Below are positions 19,534 through 28,773 of a stretch of 64,000 nt of DNA, piece by piece. Numbering within the stretch: the stretch's first letter is position 1; every line of letters starts with the position of its first letter. Location of the stretch: NCBI GenBank assembly GCA_963677925.2, contig CAXXYH010000003.1, forward strand, positions 128,001 to 192,000, in the 5' to 3' direction. The translations under genes were made by a program, and so were the position numbers. Below the pieces are notes generated by a model, which was not told the DNA's origin, did no database searches, and saw only the letters and a list, made by a program, of their open reading frames with translations. Source of the stretch: Spirochaetia bacterium. GTDB taxonomy: Bacteria > Spirochaetota > Spirochaetia > UBA9216.

Positions 19534-20973
19534 TTAATTCTTTGAATAGTTAGGAGCCTCCTGGGTTATCATAATGTCATGAGCATGACTTTCCCGGAGA
19601 CCAGCGGGGGAAATCTTAACAAAATTTTTATAATTGCGCAATTCATTTATATCCGAACATCCGCAATAACTCATCCCTTTTTTCAGGCCTGTCATAAGCT
19701 GATGAAGGAAGGGTTTCAGCTCACCCTTGTACGGAACGCGTCCCTCAATTCCCTCGGGCACCGGTGCGTCACCTTCTTTCATCTGATAGCGGTCTCCGGA
19801 ACCTTCGGCTATGGCTCCGATTGACCCCATACCTCTGTACTGCTTGAAAATACGACCTTCGTAGATAACTTCCTTACCCGGTGATTCTTTAAGCCCGGCA
19901 AAGAGGTTTCCTACCATAATGGAAGAACCTCCCGCTGCAATCGCCTTGGTGATATCGCCGGAAAACTTGATTCCGCCGTCAGCAATAATTGGTATGTTAT
20001 CTTTTTCAGCTTCTTCGGCGCACCACATAACTGCTGAAAACTGCGGAACACCGATTCCTGCAACAATACGTGTTGTACAGATTGAACCTGGCCCTACTCC
20101 CACTTTTACAGCATCAGACCCGGCATCAATCAGCCTTCTGGTAGCTTCAGCTGTTGCTGCATTTCCGCCGATAACAGTGATGTTGTATTTTTTCTTGATG
20201 TCTGCAACAGCTTTGATTACGCTGTCTGCGTCACCGTGGGCAGTATCAAGTGCAATAAAATCAACTCTGTTTTCAAGCAGCAGCGGAATACGTTTATCAA
20301 AATCCTGAGGAGAAACAGCGGCGCCTACAATAAGCCTTCCATGAGCATCAGTTGCTGCATTTGGATGATCGTTGTGCTTTTCCATATCTTTTACGGTAAT
20401 CAGTCCGGTAATCTTTCCGGAAGCATCAACTACCGGCAGTTTCTCAATTTTATAAGTGTTGAATTTATCCTGTGCAGATTCAGGTGTTATGTTTCCGCTT
20501 TCAGTAATAACCTTTCCGGTCATAACATCTTTAACAAGCAGATTATTGTTATCGCAGAACCTCAGATCACGTCCGGTAATAATACCTGTTAAAATACCGG
20601 TTTCATTGGTTACCGGAAAGCCAGACACACCGTATTTCTGTCTGAGAGCCCTTACATCGCCTATCAGCGTGTCTTCATGAACAGTTATGGGATTTTCTAT
20701 GATCCAGTTTAGAAAACGCTTTACAGACCCAACCTGAGCAGCCTGTTCTTCCGGAGAAAGATTACGGTGAATAACACCTGCGCCTCCTTCAAGTGCCAGT
20801 GCAATGGCCATATCCTCTTCTGTTACGGTATCCATAGCGGCTGAAAGAACCGGAGTATTAAGATATATATCACCGGCCAGTCTTGTTTTTACACTCGCTG
20901 TATGAGGAAGAACTGAAGAATTCCCGGGGATGAGAAGAATATCGTCGTAACTGTATGATTCTTTTATTTCCAT
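19534..20973 (-). CDS. guaB: IMP dehydrogenase
   Basis: SAAMDTVT, CBS pair, GVGPGSICTTR, YRGMGS, VPEGIEG. Confidence 0.97.
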   Translation of the reverse strand: MEIKESYSYDDILLIPGNSSVLPHTASVKTRLAGDIYLNTPVLSAAMDTVTEEDMAIALALEGGAGVIHRNLSPEEQAAQVGSVKRFLNWIIENPITVHEDTLIGDVRALRQKYGVSGFPVTNETGILTGIITGRDLRFCDNNNLLVKDVMTGKVITESGNITPESAQDKFNTYKIEKLPVVDASGKITGLITVKDMEKHNDHPNAATDAHGRLIVGAAVSPQDFDKRIPLLLENRVDFIALDTAHGDADSVIKAVADIKKKYNITVIGGNAATAEATRRLIDAGSDAVKVGVGPGSICTTRIVAGIGVPQFSAVMWCAEEAEKDNIPIIADGGIKFSGDITKAIAAGGSSIMVGNLFAGLKESPGKEVIYEGRIFKQYRGMGSIGAIAEGSGDRYQMKEGDAPVPEGIEGRVPYKGELKPFLHQLMTGLKKGMSYCGCSDINELRNYKNFVKISPAGLRESHAHDIMITQEAPNYSKN

Positions 20974-20974
20974 C

Positions 20975-22402
20975 TTAGAGACTCTCCCTTATTTTTTTCA
21001 TTTCTTCTGTATATCTGCCGGTAATCATCATTGTCTTTTCTACAGCCTTGCCCCGGTAAAGTTCTGGTTTTGCAAAAAATTCTGCAGCATCTATTCCTGC
21101 AGTTGATGAAAGCTGTTCAGAGATGCTCTTCCAGACTTCGGGCTGCTTCGGAAGTTCAGCAGCAAGAGTTGTTCCGTTCTTTTCACATTCAAGGGTCACT
21201 TTTCTTATAACTTCGTGTGCATCGGGTTCACCGGCGCATGAAAGAAGAATATAAGCGGCCTCTGCAAGAACAAGATCTCCGGTGAAATGCAGATTCTCGG
21301 AAAGTCTCTTCTTATCAACATAAAGTGTGCTGACAATCTTAATCATTCTTGCCACTGCAGCGCTGAAGCCTGCTATGTAATCAGCAATAAATCTGGATGA
21401 GGCTGAGTTGGAAAGATCCCTCTGATGCTCTGAAATCTGGTCCATGTAAAATGTAACAACCCTGGGTGCAAATGCTTTCCACAGGCTTTTGACATGCTCT
21501 GAATTCCACGGATTTCTTTTCTGGGGCATTGTCGATGAGCCGACCTGGGTTGATGTGAACATCTCGCGCAGTTCGGAAATTTCAGAACGCTGTAGATGCC
21601 TCAGGTCATCGGCAAGATTTGCCAGTACTCCGAATGCTGTATTTATTTCGAGAAGCAGTCTAAGCAGGTATTCCGGCTCCACCATCTGGGTTGAATGCTC
21701 TGAGGCTTCAAGGCCGAGATAGTCAAGATATCTTTTTTCAAGATCAAAGGGATCCTTAACCATCATGCTTGTTGAGTTATATGCTCCTACGGCACCTGCA
21801 AGTTTTCCTTTAAGCTGATTGGATAGTCTTTCAATTTCAATAATTGATTTACCTAGTCTGGATACATACTCTGCAAGGGCAAAACCAAGAGTTACCGGAA
21901 CCGCATGCTGTCCGTGAGTTCTTCCTACCTGCGGAGTATCTGCCTCATCGGCAGCAACTTTTATAAGTTTTTCTTCGAGTTCAATTAACTGCGGCAGAAT
22001 AACGTTTTTAACACCATCCCGGTACTTCATAGATGAAGCGGTATCAAGAATATCTACCGAAGTAGCGCCGAGATGAACAAAGGGTTTTATTTCATCCGGG
22101 AGCTTTGCCTTCATAACGTTGACAAGAGCTCTGATGTTATGCTGTGTTTTTTCTTCTTCAGCGTATACTTCGTCGGGAGTTATTTCTTCTGCGATTCGGT
22201 CAACTGTTTCGAAGAAGCTGTCATAAGCGGGGCTCTGAAGGCTCATGTGGCTTTTGAGCAGTGCACATTCGGCTTTGATGCAGTACATGATACTGGCTTC
22301 TTCACTTATATATTCTGCCAGCGCATCAAAATTCTTTCGGTTTGCTAAATAATATCGGTGATCTAGCGGTGATATGTTCTTAAAAATGTTTCTGTCTTCC
22401 AT
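20975..22402 (-). CDS. purB: Adenylosuccinate lyase
   Basis: SPLD.RY, H.GATS.D, GRTHGQHA, GSSTMPQKRNP. Confidence 0.95.
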   Translation of the reverse strand: MEDRNIFKNISPLDHRYYLANRKNFDALAEYISEEASIMYCIKAECALLKSHMSLQSPAYDSFFETVDRIAEEITPDEVYAEEEKTQHNIRALVNVMKAKLPDEIKPFVHLGATSVDILDTASSMKYRDGVKNVILPQLIELEEKLIKVAADEADTPQVGRTHGQHAVPVTLGFALAEYVSRLGKSIIEIERLSNQLKGKLAGAVGAYNSTSMMVKDPFDLEKRYLDYLGLEASEHSTQMVEPEYLLRLLLEINTAFGVLANLADDLRHLQRSEISELREMFTSTQVGSSTMPQKRNPWNSEHVKSLWKAFAPRVVTFYMDQISEHQRDLSNSASSRFIADYIAGFSAAVARMIKIVSTLYVDKKRLSENLHFTGDLVLAEAAYILLSCAGEPDAHEVIRKVTLECEKNGTTLAAELPKQPEVWKSISEQLSSTAGIDAAEFFAKPELYRGKAVEKTMMITGRYTEEMKKIRESL

Positions 22403-22473
22403 ACGAGAAGATACCAGAAAACTTTTAAAATGTGAATACAGACCGGGTTTAAATATGATATTATTCAGTATCT

Positions 22474-24366
22474 ATGATAAAAACCAAAAGTCCTGAATTA
22501 CTTCTGACAGAGGCCATAGAAGACGGGCGCAACCGTAATTACCAGTCGGCACTGAAAAAACTCAAAGAAGTACTCGTGCTCACAGACGGGCTCCCCGAAG
22601 CTTTTCTTTATGCCGGAAGGGCTAACCATGCCCTGGGTAATCTTGAAGCGGCGGTTACAGCATATAAATTTTATATAGATAAAGTTCCTCAATCAGGTGC
22701 CGGATATTTTTATCTTGGAAGAACTTATATTGCTCTGGATAACTTTGTGCAGGCGTCAATCTGCTTTGCAGAATCAATACAGTATAGCAAAAGCTTCGCC
22801 CCTGCCTATGCCTATTATGGTTATTCACTGGTAAGACGGGGGAAATTCAGAATCGCGCTAAGGTATCTTGAACAGGCTGTTAATCTTGATCCAGTTGACA
22901 GATCAATTTACACGATGTATGTAAACGCTGTTTTTATTGCTTCTGTAGATGCGTTTCGAAAGGAAGATTTCGACTACGCACTATCTGGTTTTCTTTTTCT
23001 TAATGAATCAGATAATTCGAATCTTTCTACTCTTCTATATACCGGAATCATTCTAAAAGACAGCGGAAGACATGACGAGGCTGCTGCTTTTTTACAGATG
23101 GCCTCAGCATACGCTTCTGATGATAATGAAATAAAAAGTCTTTTAGCAGAAGCTCTTTTTTTAAGCGGACAAATCGAGGAAGGAGATAAAGTCCTCTCAT
23201 CTTTTATGACGCCGTCTGATAAAAATGAATTTATCAGCAATTTGAGCAATCTGGAAGATATTTTTGCGGTAGCTTACTATAAAAAAAATGATTTTAAATC
23301 CGCCTTTCATTTTGCAATAAAATCACTTAAAAAAGATAAAACCGAAAGCATGTATCTGTTGGCAGGTGACTGCATTCTTAAATCCGGCAATATAGAAATT
23401 GCCTACAATCACTTCACACGTGCCCTTGAATTAAACAGAAAGTCCTCCGGCGCAATGCAGGGACGGGCTGCAGCTCTCTGGCTTTTAAGAGATTTCAGTA
23501 ATATGAAGAAAGAAATCAGTGCTATCCTGAAAATTAATCCGTCAGACGAGTTTGCTGAATATTATAAACCCTTGTGCAGTTATTATACAAAAGAGCCTGT
23601 ATCAGAATGGAAGTTCGCTATAGAGCAGAGAATCAAGAAAAATCCTGATCACTGGTACTGCACTGTTCTTGGCGAATATTATTTAAATCAAGGCAAGGCT
23701 CCTGAAAAAGCTGAAAAACTTTTTAAGAAAGCTGTAGCTGCCAAACCGGACCACAAAGAAGCCTGGGATGGACTTTTAATCATTCACCATGACAGGTCCG
23801 ATAACAATACTGAAAAAATTCTCAGTGATTATCTCCGTGTTTACCGATTTGATCAGCAGATAAGAGAAAAACTTGTTCATATCTACATTAAAAATTCTAA
23901 TTTTAAGCAGGCTATAACCGAACTGGAAATAATTTCAGCAGAACAGAGTACTAATATTAAAATAATCAGGCAGCTTGCATACTGCAACAGAATGAGTAAA
24001 AACTTCAGGGAAGCTGCAATATTGTACCGCAGAATCCTTCAAACCATGCCGGAAGATGAAAACATCCTGAAAAACCTGGTCTACTGCTATCGAAGATCAG
24101 GGAATGAAGTGCAGGCAGGCCTTCTGCTTGCTGCGGCTATAGATTACCTGCCCAAGCCGGGAACAGAACTATTTCTTACATACGGAGTATCATTATACAG
24201 GCTTGGGAAACCGGAAGAGGCATTAAGCGTTTTTCAGAAATGCTTATACAGCGGTCATCGTGACTGGCGGCTTTTTAGAAATATGGGAATTATCTACCGT
24301 GAAAAAGGCCTTAAAGATTATTCAAGAATGTATTTCAGTAAGGCAGAGGAACTGAAAAAAAGATAA
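22474..24366 (+). CDS. Tetratricopeptide repeat protein
   Basis: Multiple TPR-like helical repeats (AFLYAGRA...G, YFYLGRTY...A). Confidence 0.8.
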   Translation: MIKTKSPELLLTEAIEDGRNRNYQSALKKLKEVLVLTDGLPEAFLYAGRANHALGNLEAAVTAYKFYIDKVPQSGAGYFYLGRTYIALDNFVQASICFAESIQYSKSFAPAYAYYGYSLVRRGKFRIALRYLEQAVNLDPVDRSIYTMYVNAVFIASVDAFRKEDFDYALSGFLFLNESDNSNLSTLLYTGIILKDSGRHDEAAAFLQMASAYASDDNEIKSLLAEALFLSGQIEEGDKVLSSFMTPSDKNEFISNLSNLEDIFAVAYYKKNDFKSAFHFAIKSLKKDKTESMYLLAGDCILKSGNIEIAYNHFTRALELNRKSSGAMQGRAAALWLLRDFSNMKKEISAILKINPSDEFAEYYKPLCSYYTKEPVSEWKFAIEQRIKKNPDHWYCTVLGEYYLNQGKAPEKAEKLFKKAVAAKPDHKEAWDGLLIIHHDRSDNNTEKILSDYLRVYRFDQQIREKLVHIYIKNSNFKQAITELEIISAEQSTNIKIIRQLAYCNRMSKNFREAAILYRRILQTMPEDENILKNLVYCYRRSGNEVQAGLLLAAAIDYLPKPGTELFLTYGVSLYRLGKPEEALSVFQKCLYSGHRDWRLFRNMGIIYREKGLKDYSRMYFSKAEELKKR

Positions 24367-24372
24367 ACTTTA

Positions 24373-24413
24373 TTGCGTAATAAAGTTGTTCATTCTATAA
24401 TAATTACAGGAGG
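24373..24413 (+). promoter_or_regulatory. Sigma70 promoter (TTGCGT-17-TATAAT) and strong RBS AGGAGG
   Basis: -35 at 24373-24378, -10 at 24396-24401, AGGAGG just before ATG 24419. Confidence 0.65.
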
Positions 24414-24418
24414 ATGGC

Positions 24419-24967
24419 ATGGGTAACGTAAAAGCACTCGATTTATTTCAGGCATACAACGAAGGTAAACTTCCGCAGGACGGCGGATATATTGTTTCTT
24501 CATTTTTCAGCAATAATTCCCCATATGCAATTTATGAGGTTGTAGCCTATGCAGGAGTTAAAAATATCAGTTTAAGCGGTGAAGGTCTTACATTTCAGAC
24601 TGACGGAAGCAAACTGTACATACTTGTCGAACCGTCAATGTATCCCAAAAAGTACATTGAACCGGTTTCCAGGGAATTCGGTAAATCTATTCCTTTCAGA
24701 TTTAATGAACTTAATATACATAATTCAAAAAATCAGTATAAAATTATGGTTCCTAAAAAGCCGATTATTACTTATTCTTCATTTACAATCCTGAAACCAA
24801 CCGGTATTAATTTTGCATTATGTTTTTATCATCTTCCAGAAGTACTGGAAACACTTGAATTTTTCTTCGTACAGACCTTCAACAGAGAATGTCAGGTACC
24901 TAAAAGAGATTCGGAACAGGCAGCCAAGATGGTAATTGAAGGTGTTAAAAATTTCGGAACATTCTAA
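24419..24967 (+). CDS. Hypothetical protein (182 aa)
   Basis: Own promoter, strong RBS and downstream terminator; no recognisable domain. Confidence 0.8.
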   Translation: MGNVKALDLFQAYNEGKLPQDGGYIVSSFFSNNSPYAIYEVVAYAGVKNISLSGEGLTFQTDGSKLYILVEPSMYPKKYIEPVSREFGKSIPFRFNELNIHNSKNQYKIMVPKKPIITYSSFTILKPTGINFALCFYHLPEVLETLEFFFVQTFNRECQVPKRDSEQAAKMVIEGVKNFGTF

Positions 24968-24984
24968 TAACTTTTTATTTTTAT

Positions 24985-25023
24985 AAAAAAAGGGGCTTTC
25001 TTATAAAAAGATGCCCCTTTTTT
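24985..25023. terminator. Bidirectional intrinsic terminator
   Basis: A7-GGGGC...GCCCC-T6 between convergent genes. Confidence 0.8.
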
Positions 25024-25044
25024 GTTTATGTATGCGTTAAGCTT

Positions 25045-27681
25045 CTAATTCGTTTTCAGCAGAGCCTGTGCAGTTGCAAGAGCGGCTATAGGAACTGAAT
25101 AGGTTGAGCAGGATACATAATCCAGTCCGTTTTCAATACAGAATTCTATATTCTCAGGTGCTGCTCCATGTTCACCGCAAAGTCCCTTCTTTAGATCGGG
25201 CCTTGTTATAGTTCCCCGCTGAACAGCTGTTGCTATCAGTTCCTTTACAGGACGTTCCAGTGTTCTGAAAGGATTACCGCTCATAATATCATAAAGGGTA
25301 TAGTCAGGCATAAACGAAGTAAAATCATCTCTTGAGAGGCCTAATGTAGTCTGAGTAAGATCATTGGTGCCAAACGAGAAAAACTGTGCATATCTGGCAA
25401 TATTATCAGCGGACAATGCAGCCGCAGGAAGCTCAATCATAGTCCCTACTTTATAATCAACCGGTTTTACTTTCAGCTGTTCACGAACGTTCTGCTCTAT
25501 TTCGACAAGGCCCTTATAATGAGAACCTTCAATTTTCTTTCCGTAAAGGATCATCTTAAGTTCGGTCTCATTCATAATCAGCGGTATCATTATCTCAGGT
25601 TTTACATCTATACCCTTCGATTTAACAGCATAGGCGGCCTCAAAGATAGATTCGATCTGCATTTGATAAATTTCAGGATAACTGATTGCTATTCTGCACC
25701 CTCTATGACCAAGCATGGGATTGAATTCTTTAAGGCTCTCTGATTTTTCCCTTAGCTGTTTTTCAGTGATTTTCGTTCCGGAAGTTTTAAGGTAATCAAG
25801 AAATGCTTTTACCTCTGCAGTATTGTGAGGCAGAAACTCATGAAGCGGAGCATCAAGAAGTCTTATGTTGATTTCTTTTCCGTTCATTACCTTAAAGAGA
25901 TCCTGAAAATCTTTTTTCTGCATCTGTTTAAGTTTTTTAAGGACCTTAGCTCTTTCTTCAGAGGTCTCGGCAAAAATCATTTCACGAAATACATTGATGC
26001 GTTTTTCATCGAAAAACATATGCTCTGTTCTACATAGCCCGATTCCATCTGCACCGAAGGCAAGAGCCAGTTTTGCATCTGCAGCTTTATCACAGTTTGC
26101 CCGTATATCAAATCCTTTTATATTATCTTTAACTATCTTAAGAAAATCTATCAAACCATTTTTAGCAGGATCAGGTTTTATAAGCTGAGCTTTACCCCAT
26201 ACAATTGAAGGTGTATCAAATTCCGGTACATTAAGCGTGATGAAATCACCTTCCTTAATAGTCTTACCGCCAATAGTGGCTTTTTTACCGTTGATTTTAA
26301 TATCAGGATTTACAAGCGATACTTTACCATACTGTCTTGCAACTACTGAGGCATGAGCCGAATAGCCACCTTCTGAAGAAAGTACTCCGGTAGCAATTTC
26401 TATAGCCTTAACATCCTCTGCAAAACTTGAAGTAAGACACAAAATCAGTCTGTCATCAAGATCATTCATTCTTGAGGTTTTATACTCTTCAATAAGTCCC
26501 TCTGTAGAAAAGAAAACCCTGCCGACAGCCGCACCCGGAGCGCCTGAAATTCCCCCCTCTACTTTCGGCATAGACTTTACTGAATCAAGATCTATAACAG
26601 GGTGTAGAAGTTCATTAAGTTCAGAAGGTTTGATAGCATTAATAACCTGAGTATCATTTATAAGTTTTTTATTTTTAAGGTCAAGAAGCAGCTGAATATC
26701 GGCTCTTGTTGATTTTTCACTGATCGGATTCTGATTTATAAGTGACAGTCTTCCGTTTTCAATAGTAAAACCTATTTTTCGGATATCAAGATAGGTCGTT
26801 TCAAGTTTTAAAGCTATATCTTCAAACTGTTTAAGATATTTTTTATCTATATTTTTGATCGACTTACCGCTTGATTCGGGGGAATTGAATTTATTAGTAA
26901 AATATTCACCTTCAAGAACTCCATTTCCGGTGATTGTATTTCTTGTTGTGAAATATCCGGAATAACTGTCTTTACCATAGTTACCGTAAACCATAGGCTG
27001 TATAAGAACGGCAACACCGGTATTTTCAGTATCTTCCAGTTTAATCAGGTAGCTTATGCGTTTTAAAACGGCCGCCAGCTGAGTCCTTGCAGTACTGAAA
27101 AGTTCTTCAGGAAGATCTTTCTTTTTCTGTTCCAGATATTTTCTACATTCATCAGCCTTCATGTTCTTACTGAGAAAACGTCCCGTTTCCTTTATATACT
27201 GATGATATTTATTGGCAAGTTTTGTATCTTCATTAAGTTCTGCAATTCTTTCTTCTATTGCGTAAATACCGTTGAGCATAAAAAGTATTTCCTGATACGC
27301 AAAATCTTTACCAACAAACTCACTGAAGCCTTCGAATGTATTATCAGCAAGTCCGAAATTATGCAGAACGGGGTACCTGGCGATTGCCAGATTAGAACTG
27401 ATAACGAGTTTAAGCAGCATCGGGTTTTTATCGCTGTCAAATGTTTTGCCGCTTTCTTTAGTATAATCACTGAAAAAGGGTTTTAAAGCATCAATAACTG
27501 CATCAACATCATCAAGATTTGAAGTTATTTCTGTTCCAAGTATAACACCTGGAACTACAGGCATTCCCATTGAAATGAGGTCATAGGTCTGCTGCCCTCT
27601 TATTCCTATTTTATTCTGTTCAGGTGCAGTTTTTGATAATTTATTCTTGCTTATAAAATATATATTTGATTTGATATCCAT
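25045..27681 (-). CDS. ppdK: PPDK-family PEP-utilising protein with degenerate N-terminal ATP-grasp domain
   Basis: Intact GGYSAHASVVAR phospho-His, GIGLCRTEHMF, GTMIE, FSFGTNDLTQ and GLCGEHG. Nucleotide-domain motifs are substituted (see findings). Confidence 0.88.
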   Translation of the reverse strand: MDIKSNIYFISKNKLSKTAPEQNKIGIRGQQTYDLISMGMPVVPGVILGTEITSNLDDVDAVIDALKPFFSDYTKESGKTFDSDKNPMLLKLVISSNLAIARYPVLHNFGLADNTFEGFSEFVGKDFAYQEILFMLNGIYAIEERIAELNEDTKLANKYHQYIKETGRFLSKNMKADECRKYLEQKKKDLPEELFSTARTQLAAVLKRISYLIKLEDTENTGVAVLIQPMVYGNYGKDSYSGYFTTRNTITGNGVLEGEYFTNKFNSPESSGKSIKNIDKKYLKQFEDIALKLETTYLDIRKIGFTIENGRLSLINQNPISEKSTRADIQLLLDLKNKKLINDTQVINAIKPSELNELLHPVIDLDSVKSMPKVEGGISGAPGAAVGRVFFSTEGLIEEYKTSRMNDLDDRLILCLTSSFAEDVKAIEIATGVLSSEGGYSAHASVVARQYGKVSLVNPDIKINGKKATIGGKTIKEGDFITLNVPEFDTPSIVWGKAQLIKPDPAKNGLIDFLKIVKDNIKGFDIRANCDKAADAKLALAFGADGIGLCRTEHMFFDEKRINVFREMIFAETSEERAKVLKKLKQMQKKDFQDLFKVMNGKEINIRLLDAPLHEFLPHNTAEVKAFLDYLKTSGTKITEKQLREKSESLKEFNPMLGHRGCRIAISYPEIYQMQIESIFEAAYAVKSKGIDVKPEIMIPLIMNETELKMILYGKKIEGSHYKGLVEIEQNVREQLKVKPVDYKVGTMIELPAAALSADNIARYAQFFSFGTNDLTQTTLGLSRDDFTSFMPDYTLYDIMSGNPFRTLERPVKELIATAVQRGTITRPDLKKGLCGEHGAAPENIEFCIENGLDYVSCSTYSVPIAALATAQALLKTN

Positions 27682-27697
27682 GAATTAACCCTTATTA

Positions 27698-28720
27698 TTA
27701 GAAAAGATTTAAAACAGTATTGACCGGAAACCTTAAAAAGGCTTCAAACTGAGGACTTGCTCCCTGTTTTAAATATTTCTGAAGTTTTGCAACATCCTGA
27801 ATATTTTCACCTGCTACGGCAAATAGAATAGCACTTCCATGTTTAACTTTACCCCATTTAAACAGTGAAGCAATATTTTGAATTCTTTCACCTTCATAAA
27901 AAATATATACTTCAAGATCAGGATTCTTTACTTTATAACTCTGAATTATTCGCTTCCAGGCTTCTACGTTACCATTATGAAAGAGTTCGTTGGTAACGGG
28001 GACTGAATATAAGGGGGTCATTTTAGAAGTATTTACAGGACCGCCGGCAACAACATCTTCCGTTTCTTCATCCTGATATGAAGTTTCAGCTTTTTGGGGA
28101 GCTGAAGCTTTTTTAGCCGGGGTCTTAGCCACTTTTCTGGGTGCTGCTTTTTTCACAGGCTCTTCTGAAAGAGCATTATACTTATATTTGCCCTTTAGTA
28201 GGTTTTCCGGAAGTTTGAGCTTTTTACCCTCAAAAAGATCGAAAACCTTCTGAATTAAAGTATCCACCTCTTTAGGGTTGGAAACCTCATCAGTAAATTT
28301 TCCGGCATATACAGTGAAATACTCATTTTTTCTGAACTCAGAGACATTTTTCCAGCTCTCAGGATTCTTTGGATTTATTACATTATATCCAAGCTCCGGA
28401 TGTATGTAAGAAATTACTAAATCATAGGATTTAAGCTTCTCTAATGAAGAAGCGATATATTCAAAATCAATTAAACTGTTTTTAAAATTACCGGACTTAT
28501 ACTTGTAGGAATATTTATCAACGAGAAGTGCACTCACTATTGACGGCATCTGATCCTGCTTGATTTCCTTCTCATTTACAAGATCATTTAATATATCAGC
28601 AAGACTGTATCCATCTTCAAAATCTGCAATAATACCCATTACAGACTGAAAATGAATTAATGCATTATTAAAACCATTCCTGTCAGACAGATGATCATAG
28701 ACGCGTAAAGTATCGTTCAT
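27698..28720 (-). CDS. Spirochaete cfpA-linked protein: unknown N-domain, Lys/Ala/Pro linker, C-terminal HPr-like domain
   Basis: Start at ATG 28720 with RBS GAGGG. The C-terminal VTNELFH...EVYIFYEG...SLFK...HGSAILFAVAGEN aligns by eye to HPr. Confidence 0.75.
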   Translation of the reverse strand: MNDTLRVYDHLSDRNGFNNALIHFQSVMGIIADFEDGYSLADILNDLVNEKEIKQDQMPSIVSALLVDKYSYKYKSGNFKNSLIDFEYIASSLEKLKSYDLVISYIHPELGYNVINPKNPESWKNVSEFRKNEYFTVYAGKFTDEVSNPKEVDTLIQKVFDLFEGKKLKLPENLLKGKYKYNALSEEPVKKAAPRKVAKTPAKKASAPQKAETSYQDEETEDVVAGGPVNTSKMTPLYSVPVTNELFHNGNVEAWKRIIQSYKVKNPDLEVYIFYEGERIQNIASLFKWGKVKHGSAILFAVAGENIQDVAKLQKYLKQGASPQFEAFLRFPVNTVLNLF

Positions 28721-28734
28721 TATGTTCCCTCGGT

Positions 28735-28763
28735 AAAAAATGCCCCTCAATAATTGAGGGGCA
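28735..28763 (-). terminator. Intrinsic terminator downstream of cfpA
   Basis: Perfect stem TGCCCCTCAA-N3-TTGAGGGGCA followed by T6 on the minus strand. Confidence 0.85.
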
Positions 28764-28773
28764 GCATTTCTTG

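Noticed and set aside
25045-27681. ppdK as a decaying pseudogene
   Set aside because: Full-length uninterrupted ORF with a strictly conserved C-terminal catalytic core. The loss is confined to nucleotide-site residues.
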